From NCBI GenBank assembly GCA_963727445.1, contig CAVSGI010000002.1, forward strand, positions 64,001-128,000: 64,000 bases of DNA. Reading direction: 5' to 3'. Both the position numbers and the translations under genes were made by a program. Positions within the stretch are counted from its first letter, which is position 1. The number at the start of each line of letters is the position of its first letter. Positions 9,894 to 19,144 of this stretch are shown here, one piece after another. Source of the DNA: an uncultured delta proteobacterium (GTDB lineage Bacteria > Myxococcota_A > Polyangia > Polyangiales > B10-G4). The notes under the pieces were generated by a model, which saw nothing but the letters and a program-made list of their open reading frames with translations, was not told the DNA's origin and did no database searches.

Positions 9894-10873
9894 TCTTCGA
9901 AGTAGTAGAAGAAGCGGGGCAGCGTCCCCTGCTCCTCTTTGAAGACGTAGATGCGCTTCTCTTCGAGGATCGAGCGGATCTCCGACTCGGGATCGAGGAG
10001 GTTGCCGAACTTGCGCGCACCCACCGGGCACGCTTCGAGGCACGCGGGGTTCAGCCCCTCACGCACGCGGTGAAGGCAGAAGTGGCACTTCTCCACCACG
10101 CCGGCCATGCGAAGTCGATTCGAGAGGTAGCCCTGATTCGGATTGATGTCGGCGGGTGGGACGTTCGGCTCGCGGAAGTTGAAATGCCTGGCGTCGTAGG
10201 GGCAGGCGGTCTCGCAGTACCGACAGCCGATGCACCAGTCGTAGTCGACGACCACGATCCCGTCCCGCTCGCGCCAGGTGGCGTTCACCGGGCAGGCCTT
10301 GACGCAGGGAGGGTTCTCGCACTGATGACACTGCACCGGCATGTAGAACCGGCCCGGCCGCGGCACCTCGCCCCGATAGTCGTGCACCGCGTTTTCGACG
10401 TCGAAGGTGCGGTCGAGCTCCATGACCCGGATGTAGTGGATCTCCTGATCGCGCGAGGTGTTGTTCTCCTGCGCACAGGCGTACTCGCATTGCCGGCAGC
10501 CGGTGCAGACCGACACGTTCAGCGCGTATCCGAACTCGACACCCTCGAGCGGCTGCGGGTCCGAGATCTTGGCATCGACGCCGTATCGCTCCTTCACCCC
10601 CCTTTCGAGACGCGCGAAGAGCGCCTCTTTGTCCTCGTCGCTGAGGCGTTTGTAGTGCTGCTGGAAGAACTCCTCCCACACGCCGCCGCCACAGCCTGTC
10701 GCCGTCGCCGCCGCGGTCGCGCTGGCGGTGGTGCCCACCCGGGAGAGGAAGGATCGGCGCGTCAACTGAACGCGCTCGAGCGCCTCGGCGAGGCCGGGAT
10801 CTTCCGGCTCCGCCGGCTCTTCGGGCGCGCTCTGGCCCCATACCTTCAGGCGCCGCTTCATCGCGTCGAGCAT
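9890..10873 (-). CDS. NrfC/DmsB-like 4x[4Fe-4S] protein with twin-arginine signal
   Basis: LTRRSFL Tat motif; CTGCRQCEYAC, CHQCENPPCVKACP, CIGCRYCETACP, KCHFC..PACLEACP; GGAGG upstream of ATG 10873. Confidence 0.93.
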   Translation of the reverse strand: MLDAMKRRLKVWGQSAPEEPAEPEDPGLAEALERVQLTRRSFLSRVGTTASATAAATATGCGGGVWEEFFQQHYKRLSDEDKEALFARLERGVKERYGVDAKISDPQPLEGVEFGYALNVSVCTGCRQCEYACAQENNTSRDQEIHYIRVMELDRTFDVENAVHDYRGEVPRPGRFYMPVQCHQCENPPCVKACPVNATWRERDGIVVVDYDWCIGCRYCETACPYDARHFNFREPNVPPADINPNQGYLSNRLRMAGVVEKCHFCLHRVREGLNPACLEACPVGARKFGNLLDPESEIRSILEEKRIYVFKEEQGTLPRFFYYFEE

Positions 10874-10874
10874 C

Positions 10875-11426
10875 TCAGGGTTCCTCCAGTGCATCCCGAG
10901 GCACCGGAAGCGCCGTCAGATGGATCCCCTGCACGGGGGCGTGGGGGTCGTGACACGCAGTACACGTGCGCCGGTCGGCGACGCGCTGCCACGAGCCGGT
11001 CTGGATCCCGTGCATGCCACGCGACCAGTCTTCGTGCTTCACGCCGTGACACTGGCCGCAGAGCCGCGCCGATTCGTCGAAGCTCACCGCGGTCCCGTCG
11101 ATGAGACGAAACTGATCCAGGTCGTCGAGGTCGTGGCAGCGGTCGCAGAAGTGCATCACCGCGGCGTGCTCGATGTGGATGTCGGTGTGAAACTCTCGGA
11201 GCCTTCGCGGCGTGGGGTCGGGCGTGCGGTCCCGGTGGCACTGCTCCATGCACGGATAGGTGGGGATCTGATCGGTGCGTGAGACCACCACCACGTCGTG
11301 CTCCTGAGGCGTCAACACCTGTGGGCGATCCTCGGGGAACAGAGGGTTGTTCAGATGCTCGCAACCCACCGCGCCGAGGGTCAGCAGCGACAGGAACAAC
11401 ACCGCGTGTGGAGGAGCGTGGGCCAC
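10875..11426 (-). CDS. Tetraheme cytochrome c lipoprotein (CbcS-like partner of NrfC/NrfD)
   Basis: Lipobox LGAVG-C; CMEQCH, CDRCH, CGQCH, CTACH. Confidence 0.88.
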   Translation of the reverse strand: MAHAPPHAVLFLSLLTLGAVGCEHLNNPLFPEDRPQVLTPQEHDVVVVSRTDQIPTYPCMEQCHRDRTPDPTPRRLREFHTDIHIEHAAVMHFCDRCHDLDDLDQFRLIDGTAVSFDESARLCGQCHGVKHEDWSRGMHGIQTGSWQRVADRRTCTACHDPHAPVQGIHLTALPVPRDALEEP

Positions 11427-11431
11427 GGTCT

Positions 11432-13483
11432 TCAGATCGGCGGATTGGGCAGGACGAGGCGATGACAGATGCCGCAGCTCTGGGTCACGGTGGCGGGCTG
11501 CTCGCTGGCGTACTCGAAGCCGCTGGTGCGATAGCGATGCGTGGCGAGATCGCCCTGGTAGTACTGGACGGGGGCGGCGGTGGCCGGGTCGGCGTCCAAG
11601 AGGCCCTCGACGTGTGAGCCACCGGTCGCCGTCCGCGTCATGTGGCAGAGCGTGCAGAGGAGCATGTCGTCCTCGAGGCCGGCGTGGTCGTCGCCGGTCC
11701 TCATGGCGATGTGCATGCGGATCTCGTCCGCGTAGCGGCGGTCGGAGTGACAGCTGGTGCAGCCCGCGTCGTCGCGAATGCCGAAGTAGAGATCGTGAGG
11801 CTCGGCGTCGCGGCCGTGCGGGTCGTGACAGTCGTCGCAGGTGACGATCACGCTCTCGTTTCGATACTTCGCGCTCCGGATGTGGTCCGTGTACTGCTGC
11901 CGGTGGACCCGCGCATCACCCGAGGGGAAGATGTTCGCAGGGTCGACCTCGCTCCCCGCGAAGTGGCTCTCGAGGAGCTCGCTCCGCCGGATCCCCGCCC
12001 GGGGCATGTGACCGTCGGCGTCGAGAGGCAGGGGGGTGTTCGCGGGCGCCGAGTGGCAGCCGCCGCAGATGGCGAGCGCCCGGCCGGGGGTCAAGAGCTG
12101 CGGAGAGACGATCGCCGTCCCGCGCACGTCCGCCTCGAGGTGCTCGGAGCCAGGCCCGTGGCAGCTCTCGCACCCCACGTTGATCTGCTCGCGCCGCCCG
12201 TCCCCGTCGTAGTCGTACGCCCCCTCCGGGCTGGCCACCGCAGAAGCAAACGCGCCCGCCCCACCCCCATCGTGGGCGGAGTAGCCCGTGAAGTGGCAGC
12301 CAGCGCAGTTGGCGTCGAAGGAAGCGTCTGGCGCAGGTGTGCGAAGCGTCCCCGCCGCGTGATCGTAGAAGACGCTCGAGCCCGTATCACGCCAGGTCCA
12401 GTCCGCCGGGTCAGGCCGACCGTCGTCCCCCTGGTTCTGGAACTGGAACGGCAGCGGGAAACGCATGGGCCTCCCGCTAGGCCCCGACATCCGCGCGAGC
12501 AACTGACTTCGCTGAAGCACGCCGCCGTAGACTAGGTCGACGTCGTAGCTGGCCGTTTCGGCCGCGCGCTGGTTACGAAAGACCACCCGATATCGCCCCT
12601 GCCCGCCTGGCGGCACTGAGGGGTCGAGGCGCAGATCGGCGATGAAGCTCACGACCGCGGGCGCGGCGGGCGCCGTCTCGCTCACCTTGCAGAGCCCAGC
12701 TCCCGGCGACGCGCCGTCGCAGTCGTAGAAGTAGAGCGAGGTGTCGAAGCGCGCGAGGATGGCATCGAAGTCGGGGTAGCGGGACGTGTCCTGGTGGGCG
12801 CCGCGCTGGCCGGGGACGGTGAGCCCGACCGAGTGGGCGGTATCGAAGGAGCGGTGGCGCCCATGACAGAAGAGGCACGCCGTCGAGCCGATGAAGCGTG
12901 CCTCCGCGCTCGGCACGCAGCTCACCTCGAGGTCGAGTCGTGTTCCGAGAAGGGACGCCGGATCCTGGGCGGTGCGCGCGTAGGTGCCGCCCGGCAAGCG
13001 CGCGGCATCGGTCGCGGCCGGGACGAAGACCACGAAGACGGATTGCTCGGGCAGGGTGGTGAAGCGATAGACGCCATCGGCGTCGGTCACGGCCTCCGCG
13101 TACCCGCGCTCCGCGTCGAGAAGGTCTTCGATGGGCTCGTCGATGGTCGAGAGCGCCGCTTCGGCGGGCGCCAACGAGACGTCGATCGGCGTCTCCGCGA
13201 GAGCCATCACGTCGGCGGCGAGCACCAGCACGACCCGACCCCCGGCCACGACGCGGTCCGCCGTGTCCGTGACGCGGCCCACGAGACCATTTGCTTCGAG
13301 GGGGATGTCCGAAGCGTCGGCGCTGACGCTGTCGATGGCGGCGTCCATGGCGACGCCGGTGTCGGGCGTCGGCCCGGGCGGGCCTGCCTCGCCGGGGTCG
13401 CCCTTGGGGCCCACCGGACCCTCACAGGCGACCACGAAGAGCAGCAGGACGACGGCCGCGAGAGTGCGGCGCGCCGCGCTCAC
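11432..13483 (-). CDS. Octaheme cytochrome c lipoprotein (c554-like core) with collagen-like N-terminus
   Basis: Lipobox FVVA-C followed by GPVGPKGDPGEAGPPGP; 8 CxxCH including FIGSTACLFCH and NVGCESCHGPGSEH. Confidence 0.88.
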   Translation of the reverse strand: MSAARRTLAAVVLLLFVVACEGPVGPKGDPGEAGPPGPTPDTGVAMDAAIDSVSADASDIPLEANGLVGRVTDTADRVVAGGRVVLVLAADVMALAETPIDVSLAPAEAALSTIDEPIEDLLDAERGYAEAVTDADGVYRFTTLPEQSVFVVFVPAATDAARLPGGTYARTAQDPASLLGTRLDLEVSCVPSAEARFIGSTACLFCHGRHRSFDTAHSVGLTVPGQRGAHQDTSRYPDFDAILARFDTSLYFYDCDGASPGAGLCKVSETAPAAPAVVSFIADLRLDPSVPPGGQGRYRVVFRNQRAAETASYDVDLVYGGVLQRSQLLARMSGPSGRPMRFPLPFQFQNQGDDGRPDPADWTWRDTGSSVFYDHAAGTLRTPAPDASFDANCAGCHFTGYSAHDGGGAGAFASAVASPEGAYDYDGDGRREQINVGCESCHGPGSEHLEADVRGTAIVSPQLLTPGRALAICGGCHSAPANTPLPLDADGHMPRAGIRRSELLESHFAGSEVDPANIFPSGDARVHRQQYTDHIRSAKYRNESVIVTCDDCHDPHGRDAEPHDLYFGIRDDAGCTSCHSDRRYADEIRMHIAMRTGDDHAGLEDDMLLCTLCHMTRTATGGSHVEGLLDADPATAAPVQYYQGDLATHRYRTSGFEYASEQPATVTQSCGICHRLVLPNPPI

Positions 13484-15696
13484 CGGAACTGATACTCCGG
13501 TCGGGCGTGCACCGCGTCGACGGCGAACTCGTCCTCGTCACCGTGGCAGGTGCCGCAGGCTTCGCCCCCGCTCGGGGTGGTGTTGGTCGCGAAGTGCGCC
13601 GCTGCCTCCGCGGAGCTGTGGCAGCCGCCGCAGGCCGCAGCCGCCGAGCCGATGGTCATCGTCGTCACCGTCCCCGCGGAGTCGACCTCGGCGATGGCGA
13701 CAGGCGCATTCGAGCCGGCCAGGGGCAGGGTCCAGGTGCCGTCGAGGTGGCACTGCGAGCACACCCGGAGATCCGCCGGATAGGCGAGGTCCGGGCTCGA
13801 GTGGACGCGATGGATCAGCGCCGCGAGATCGAGAGAGGGTGCGATCTCCGTCCCCGAGGTGGGCGGCGTGATGGGCTCGACGAAGGTCGGGTTGTGGCAG
13901 AACGCGCAGTAGTCCGGATTCTTGCGGTTGCCGCCGTGGAACTCGAGGGGCAGGTGGCAGGTGTTGCAGTTCGCGGTGCTCACGATCGCCCGCCGCGGAA
14001 CGGCGGTGGGGTCCGTGATCGCGACGACCGCGACGGGGTTGTCGCTCGGGAAGCGCGTCCCCATCGAATCCACGTCGCGGGACTCCACGCTGACCGACCA
14101 GGTGCCCTCCGCCGGAACCGAGTTCGCGGTGGCGATGGCGTCCACCGTGTCCGGAACGAGGTAGCGGAACTGACCCATCGAGGCGTCGATGGCGGTGAGG
14201 GTGCCTTCCGAGGGGGCGTTGTAGTCCTCTTGGAAGCGGTAGTCGGTGGTGGGCCCGGCCACGCGGAAGCGCAGGCGGTCGAGCGGCGTCGTGAGGACGT
14301 CGTAGGGCGTGCCGCCGACCGTGATCGTGAAGTCCACCTGGATCCGTCGCCCGCTGGTCAGGGTGACGGCGTCGAAGGTGACCTCGGGATAAGCGCTCGC
14401 CGGGTTGGTGAAGGGGTAGTAGTGGCGATCGATGATCGGCGAGACCCCCACGCCCGTGGGGATGTGACAGTCGGTGCAGCGGTCGTCGTCGGGACGGTCG
14501 CCGCCCGGGTGAAGCCGCTGCCAGGCCGCCGGCGGGTCGCCCATTTCGAACCAGATGTCGTCGTGACAGGAGCCGCAGGCCGCGCGGCTCGGGACCGTGT
14601 TCCAGCGGTCGCCGTCCGGTCCGGCGTGGCAGGTGGTGCAGTTGCGGATGTCCTGGGGAAACTCGACGTCCGAGTAGTCGTGCACGCTGCCGCGATAGCC
14701 GACGATCTCATAGGGGTTGCCAGCGACGACGCTCGGCAGATGCGCGCCCCGGTGGATCTTGTGAACCATCGTCTCGAAGTTGATGGTGTTGCCAGTGTCG
14801 GGATCGGCGTATCCCGCCGCGTGACAGGTCGCGCAGAGACGCACGTTCTCGCGCGAGCCGCCGTGCGCCTCGAGCGGCGTGTGACAGTTGTTGCACGCGT
14901 CGTTGGTGACGATGTCGCGGGTCTCGGTCACCGGCATGCCGTCGGGCCGGAAGTTGGGCGCGTCGTTCGCGACGTAGCGGACGCCGTCGTAGGTGCGCGT
15001 GGCGTAGTAGCCGATGGTGTGCGTGCGCGTCGCGTCGTAGTCCGTGGGCAGGACCACGCCGAAGTCGTAGCGGTAGATGCCGTCCGCGTCGTCGACCACG
15101 GTCCACGTGCCGCCGGAGTCGGTCGCGGGTTGGGTGGCGGAGCTCATCCCGTCCTCGCTCATCACCGTGCGTGTGACGTAGTTGACGTAGGGCAGGACGA
15201 CCGGGCCATCGAGCCGCATCTCGGTGGGCAGATAGGCGACCGTGAAGCTCACCGCTACTTCGCCTTCGGTCTGGATCCCCTCTCGGTCGAGGGGCGTTCC
15301 CTCCGCGTCGGTGAATCGGAGCACGGCGTAGGGGATGCGCGTGGTCGCGTCGATCCCGTACTCCATGGTCTCGACTTCGAGCCCCGGACCGGTGACGTAG
15401 GCGTTGGTGCCGTTCGACCCGTCGACGCCATCGACGCCGTTGGTGCCGTCGGTGACCGTGACCATGGTGCCGTCGTCACAGGCGATGGTCTTGGTCCCCA
15501 TCCCATCATCGGTGACGGTGCAGCTGGTCCCATCCATGCCGTCGCGCACGATGGCTTCGGTGCCGTCGCTGCACGAGATGGTGGCGGAGCCGTCCGGGTT
15601 GTTGACCACGGTGCACTCGGTGCCCCCACAGCCGGCGGTGGTGCCGACAGCCATGGCTGCAGCGAAAAGCATCGTGATTCGTGTCGGTGCTCGCAT
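13480..15696 (-). CDS. mtrC: OmcA/MtrC-family decaheme outer-surface cytochrome c lipoprotein
   Basis: ATG 15696 after GAGAGG; lipobox TTAG-C. Architecture is beta domain, 5 CxxCH, beta domain, 5 CxxCH. Family motifs CNxCH..HGGxR..CxxCH, MVHKIH, FPQDIRNCTTCH. Family-level call. Confidence 0.9.
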   Translation of the reverse strand: MRAPTRITMLFAAAMAVGTTAGCGGTECTVVNNPDGSATISCSDGTEAIVRDGMDGTSCTVTDDGMGTKTIACDDGTMVTVTDGTNGVDGVDGSNGTNAYVTGPGLEVETMEYGIDATTRIPYAVLRFTDAEGTPLDREGIQTEGEVAVSFTVAYLPTEMRLDGPVVLPYVNYVTRTVMSEDGMSSATQPATDSGGTWTVVDDADGIYRYDFGVVLPTDYDATRTHTIGYYATRTYDGVRYVANDAPNFRPDGMPVTETRDIVTNDACNNCHTPLEAHGGSRENVRLCATCHAAGYADPDTGNTINFETMVHKIHRGAHLPSVVAGNPYEIVGYRGSVHDYSDVEFPQDIRNCTTCHAGPDGDRWNTVPSRAACGSCHDDIWFEMGDPPAAWQRLHPGGDRPDDDRCTDCHIPTGVGVSPIIDRHYYPFTNPASAYPEVTFDAVTLTSGRRIQVDFTITVGGTPYDVLTTPLDRLRFRVAGPTTDYRFQEDYNAPSEGTLTAIDASMGQFRYLVPDTVDAIATANSVPAEGTWSVSVESRDVDSMGTRFPSDNPVAVVAITDPTAVPRRAIVSTANCNTCHLPLEFHGGNRKNPDYCAFCHNPTFVEPITPPTSGTEIAPSLDLAALIHRVHSSPDLAYPADLRVCSQCHLDGTWTLPLAGSNAPVAIAEVDSAGTVTTMTIGSAAAACGGCHSSAEAAAHFATNTTPSGGEACGTCHGDEDEFAVDAVHARPEYQFR

Positions 15697-15749
15697 TCCT
15701 CTCCCCTCGGGCAAACGCCCGGCGACAGAGAAAAGCACCGATCCGTGTT

Positions 15750-15781
15750 CGTCAATGGGCTACGTGCGACCCATCACGTAG
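15750..15781 (-). promoter_or_regulatory. 22-bp palindrome (Crp/Fnr-like box) next to a TTGACG -35 element upstream of the cytochrome operon
   Basis: CTACGTG-N8-CACGTAG at 15760-15781; the minus strand reads cGTGA-N6-gCACg. TTGACG at 15755-15750; the -10 is weak. Confidence 0.45.
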
Positions 15782-15789
15782 TTTCGTCC

Positions 15790-17196
15790 TCAATACCCCA
15801 TGTCGCTCATGGCCTCGTCGTTCGCCTCGAGCGAAAGAGAGCGGGCGGCAGGAGCGCTCATCGGCTGGCGCGCGGCGCCGGAATGCCCGCGCAATTGTTG
15901 CACTCGCTGCTGCATGCGCTGCCGTTCCGCCCGTGGCGCCCGCTCCATCGCGCCTTCCACGACGTCGGCGGCGAAGTCGAATTGGCGCGCTGCCTCTTCG
16001 GCCCGTCCCTGGTCCAGGGCCACCGCCGCGGCGAGCTGGGCCTCGGCGGCGCGCTGATTGGCGACGAGGGAGGCCACGCGCGGCGCCTCGCTGCCGGCCG
16101 CCGTTCGCGCGTCCGCCACGATCTGATAGTCGAGGTGCGCGGTCTGGACCTGGCGGCCCCGCCCTGGCGCATCGAAGGTCAGGCGCGCGGTGCCGGCGCT
16201 GTGCCGCCCGAGACGCTCGGTGTCGATCTCGGCCCGGAGCAGCACCTCGCGGCGCTGGCCCGCGTGGAGCGCCCCCACGTTGACCCGCACCCGACCGTTT
16301 TCGACGCTGGCGCCGCTCGACTCGACCCCGAGGATGCGCACGCCGGCAGCGGGGACGACCTCGATGATGGTGTTGGTGGCCACGGTGTGGCTCAGGAGCT
16401 CCAGCTCCTGTTCGAGGATGGTCGCCATCTGCGCCGGATGCTCGAGGTGGTACATGCGGCCGGCGCTCCGGACCGCGAGGGCGGCCAGGGTGCGTTCGTC
16501 GTAGTCGAGCCCGACGCCGATCGCCGACACCTGCGCGCCGCTCTCCGTGCCCGCTGCCGCGATGGCGCCGAGGCTCTGGGGATCCGCGGGACCGATGTTC
16601 GCGCGGCCGTCGGAGACGATCACGAGGCGGCGGATCGGATGCGTCGCGGGCGCGGCGGCCAGCCTGTCTTCACCCACGCGCAGACCGTCGAACATGTTGG
16701 TGCCGCCCATGGCGCCCAGCGTCTGCACCTGTTGGATCAGCATGCCGCGGTTCTGCTCGCTCACGGTCGTGGGGGGGCTGATCTCGGACACGCCGTTGTT
16801 GAACGCGTAGATGGAGACGATGTCGCCGGAGCGCAGGCTCTCCACCAGGCTCGCCGCCGCCATCCGGGCGTTCGCGATCTTCTGGCCCTCCATCGAGCCC
16901 GAGGTGTCGATCACGAGCGAGAGGTCCATCGGGGCCCGCCGGGATTCGGTGACGACCTCCGGGGCGTCCACCCAGACGCCGATGTAGGTCTGACCGTCCG
17001 CCCCGATCACGATACGGGTGTTCGCCGGAGCCCCGCCGATCCACGTCCCGTCGGCGCCCACGACCTGCGCGGTCGATCCGTCCTCCACCACCACCCGCAT
17101 CTGCCCCTGATTCGGCTGTGCCTGCGCCGCACCACCCCCACAGCCGGCGATCGCCGCCGCAAAAAGAGCCGAAACCCCAACGAATCGTGCGCGCAT
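15790..17196 (-). CDS. VWA (MIDAS) domain lipoprotein, YfbK-like
   Basis: Lipobox [36 protein letters not shown]. Confidence 0.88.
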   Translation of the reverse strand: MRARFVGVSALFAAAIAGCGGGAAQAQPNQGQMRVVVEDGSTAQVVGADGTWIGGAPANTRIVIGADGQTYIGVWVDAPEVVTESRRAPMDLSLVIDTSGSMEGQKIANARMAAASLVESLRSGDIVSIYAFNNGVSEISPPTTVSEQNRGMLIQQVQTLGAMGGTNMFDGLRVGEDRLAAAPATHPIRRLVIVSDGRANIGPADPQSLGAIAAAGTESGAQVSAIGVGLDYDERTLAALAVRSAGRMYHLEHPAQMATILEQELELLSHTVATNTIIEVVPAAGVRILGVESSGASVENGRVRVNVGALHAGQRREVLLRAEIDTERLGRHSAGTARLTFDAPGRGRQVQTAHLDYQIVADARTAAGSEAPRVASLVANQRAAEAQLAAAVALDQGRAEEAARQFDFAADVVEGAMERAPRAERQRMQQRVQQLRGHSGAARQPMSAPAARSLSLEANDEAMSDMGY

Positions 17197-17311
17197 GGCC
17201 TTCTCCCTCTCGGTCATGGAGGGGCTAGACGGCTCAGATGCAGAAGGGATCTGCGCGACGTGTCTCGATTCGGTCGCGGCGAGTGGGTCCGGGCGCTATG
17301 CTCCGGGCGCC

Positions 17312-17968
17312 ATGGCCGAAAACGACCGCATCCAGGGCGCCATCCCCTTCCCCCACGTCGTGGAGTCCACCCACCGCGGGGAGCGCAGCTGGGACATCTA
17401 CAGCCGCTTGCTCAAGGACCGCATCGTCTTTTTGGGCACGCCGATCGACGACGACGTCGCCAACATCATCATCGCCCAGCTCCTCTATCTGGAGAGCGAA
17501 GACCCGGACAAAGAGGTCACCCTCTACATCAACAGCCCCGGCGGCGTAGTCACCGCGGCCCTCGGCATCTACGACACCATGCAGTACATCCGCTGCCCGG
17601 TGGCGACGGTGTGCCTCGGTCAGGCGGCTTCGATGGGCGCCATCCTCCTCGCGGCCGGCAACCAGGGCATGCGCAAGGCGCTGCCGCACAGCCGCGTCAT
17701 GGTCCACCAGCCCCTCGGCGGCTTTCGCGGACAGGCGTCGGACATCGAGATCCACGCCAACGAGATCCTCTTCCTGCGCAAGCGGCTCAACTCGATCCTC
17801 AGCTATCACACCGGTCAGCCCGAAGAGCGAATCCAGGAAGACACCGAACGCGACCGCTTCATGAGCGCGACCGAGGCCAAAGAGTACGGGATCATCGACG
17901 ACGTGATCGCCCCTCGGAAAGACGTGGCATCGGTGCCTCCCGATCAGGAAAAGAAGAAGAAGAAGTAG
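17312..17968 (+). CDS. clpP: ATP-dependent Clp protease proteolytic subunit
   Basis: [46 protein letters not shown]. Confidence 0.97.
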   Translation: MAENDRIQGAIPFPHVVESTHRGERSWDIYSRLLKDRIVFLGTPIDDDVANIIIAQLLYLESEDPDKEVTLYINSPGGVVTAALGIYDTMQYIRCPVATVCLGQAASMGAILLAAGNQGMRKALPHSRVMVHQPLGGFRGQASDIEIHANEILFLRKRLNSILSYHTGQPEERIQEDTERDRFMSATEAKEYGIIDDVIAPRKDVASVPPDQEKKKKK

Positions 17969-17995
17969 CCTCCCAGCGCGGGCGGCCTTTTCACC

Positions 17996-19075
17996 ATGCG
18001 CATCACCTTCGTCCGTCACGGCGAGTCGGAATCCAACGTCACCGGGCGGTGGCAGGGTCAGGGCGACTCGCCCCTCTCCCAGGTCGGCAAAAAGCAGGCC
18101 GAGACGCTCGCCCAGCGACTTCGCGACACCTCCATCGATCTGGTCTTCAGCTCGGACCTCTCGCGCGCCGCGGACACCGCGCGCGCTCTCGGTCGCGACG
18201 TCACCTTCGAGCCCGCGTTTCGCGAGGTCGACGTGGGGGACTGGGAAGGCCTCGACCGTCGCGAGGTCGCGCTGAAGTTTCCCGAGCAGGTGCACGCCCT
18301 CGCCAGCGGCGCTCACGACGTGAAGATCGGTGGCGGCGAGAGTTGGGACGATCTCTACCAGCGCGTCGACGCAGCCTTCACCGGCCTCGTGAATCGCGCG
18401 TCGTGGGCAGAGCACATCGTCGTCTTCACCCACGGCGGAGTGATCGCATCGCTCTTCGCGGGGCTCCTCGGCATCCGCAACCGCCACCCCCGACCTCTCG
18501 GAAGGATGGTGAACACCGGCATCAGCACCGTTTCGATCGAGCGGGGAGGCTCGACCCTCGAGCGCTGGAACGACGCGACCCACCTCGGCCCGCTGGGCGC
18601 GTGGGGCTCCGAGCGGCTGGAGCGCGGAGACGCGGTCATCGGACTCGTGAGCCACGTGCCTCCGGCAGAGGACGAGCCGGCGGCCGAGGGTGGACGACTC
18701 CGCGGCGGTCCGTCCCTGTTGGCCGTGGAGCATCTGGCGGAGTGGTACCGCGGCGTGTCGCACGTCTACGCACCACGGGCTGCGCACGCCCGCAATGCGG
18801 CCGCCATGCTCGCCGAGCGGAGTCAGGCGCGGGTCTCCGACGAGCCGATCGACGAGAGCGCGCTCGCGGACTCGGTGATCACCGTGGGCGAGCGACATTC
18901 GGGAGAGCGCGTGGGGGCGCTCGCCTCCGGCGTGGGGATCGCCGAATGGGCGCAGGCGGTGGTGGCGCCAAAAGGCGCGCTCTTCCGGCCACCCCCCCAC
19001 GCCACGGTCAGCCACGCGGTCCTCACCGAGCATGGCGTGACCCTGGCGGACTACGCGGTTTCTCCGCGGTATTGA
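17996..19075 (+). CDS. Histidine phosphatase family protein with extra C-terminal domain
   Basis: VRHGES..N, SSDLSRAADTA, REVDVGDWEG, VFTHGG. Confidence 0.9.
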   Translation: MRITFVRHGESESNVTGRWQGQGDSPLSQVGKKQAETLAQRLRDTSIDLVFSSDLSRAADTARALGRDVTFEPAFREVDVGDWEGLDRREVALKFPEQVHALASGAHDVKIGGGESWDDLYQRVDAAFTGLVNRASWAEHIVVFTHGGVIASLFAGLLGIRNRHPRPLGRMVNTGISTVSIERGGSTLERWNDATHLGPLGAWGSERLERGDAVIGLVSHVPPAEDEPAAEGGRLRGGPSLLAVEHLAEWYRGVSHVYAPRAAHARNAAAMLAERSQARVSDEPIDESALADSVITVGERHSGERVGALASGVGIAEWAQAVVAPKGALFRPPPHATVSHAVLTEHGVTLADYAVSPRY

Positions 19076-19105
19076 GCCTGCCCGAACCCGGAGGCGCATT
19101 TCTGC

Positions 19106-19141
19106 TTGACATGTAAACGAATTGGTCGAACCATTCGACCA
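19106..19141 (+). promoter_or_regulatory. sigma70-type promoter with overlapping FadR/GntR-type operator
   Basis: TTGACA at 19106. AATTGGTCGAACCATT (TGGT-N3-ACCA) and overlapping inverted repeat TGGTCGAA-CCA-TTCGACCA (19123-19141) lie just upstream of the GntR gene. Confidence 0.7.
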
Positions 19142-19144
19142 GTC

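Noticed and set aside
13507..19116. 1869-aa plus-strand ORF and other long shadow ORFs (e.g. 17234..19720, 25223..27568, 40374..42356)
   Set aside because: They are antisense or off-frame to recognisable genes and Arg/Gly/Ala-rich without motifs, typical of high-GC DNA. Only the short Crp N-terminal segment inside 25223..27568 is real.
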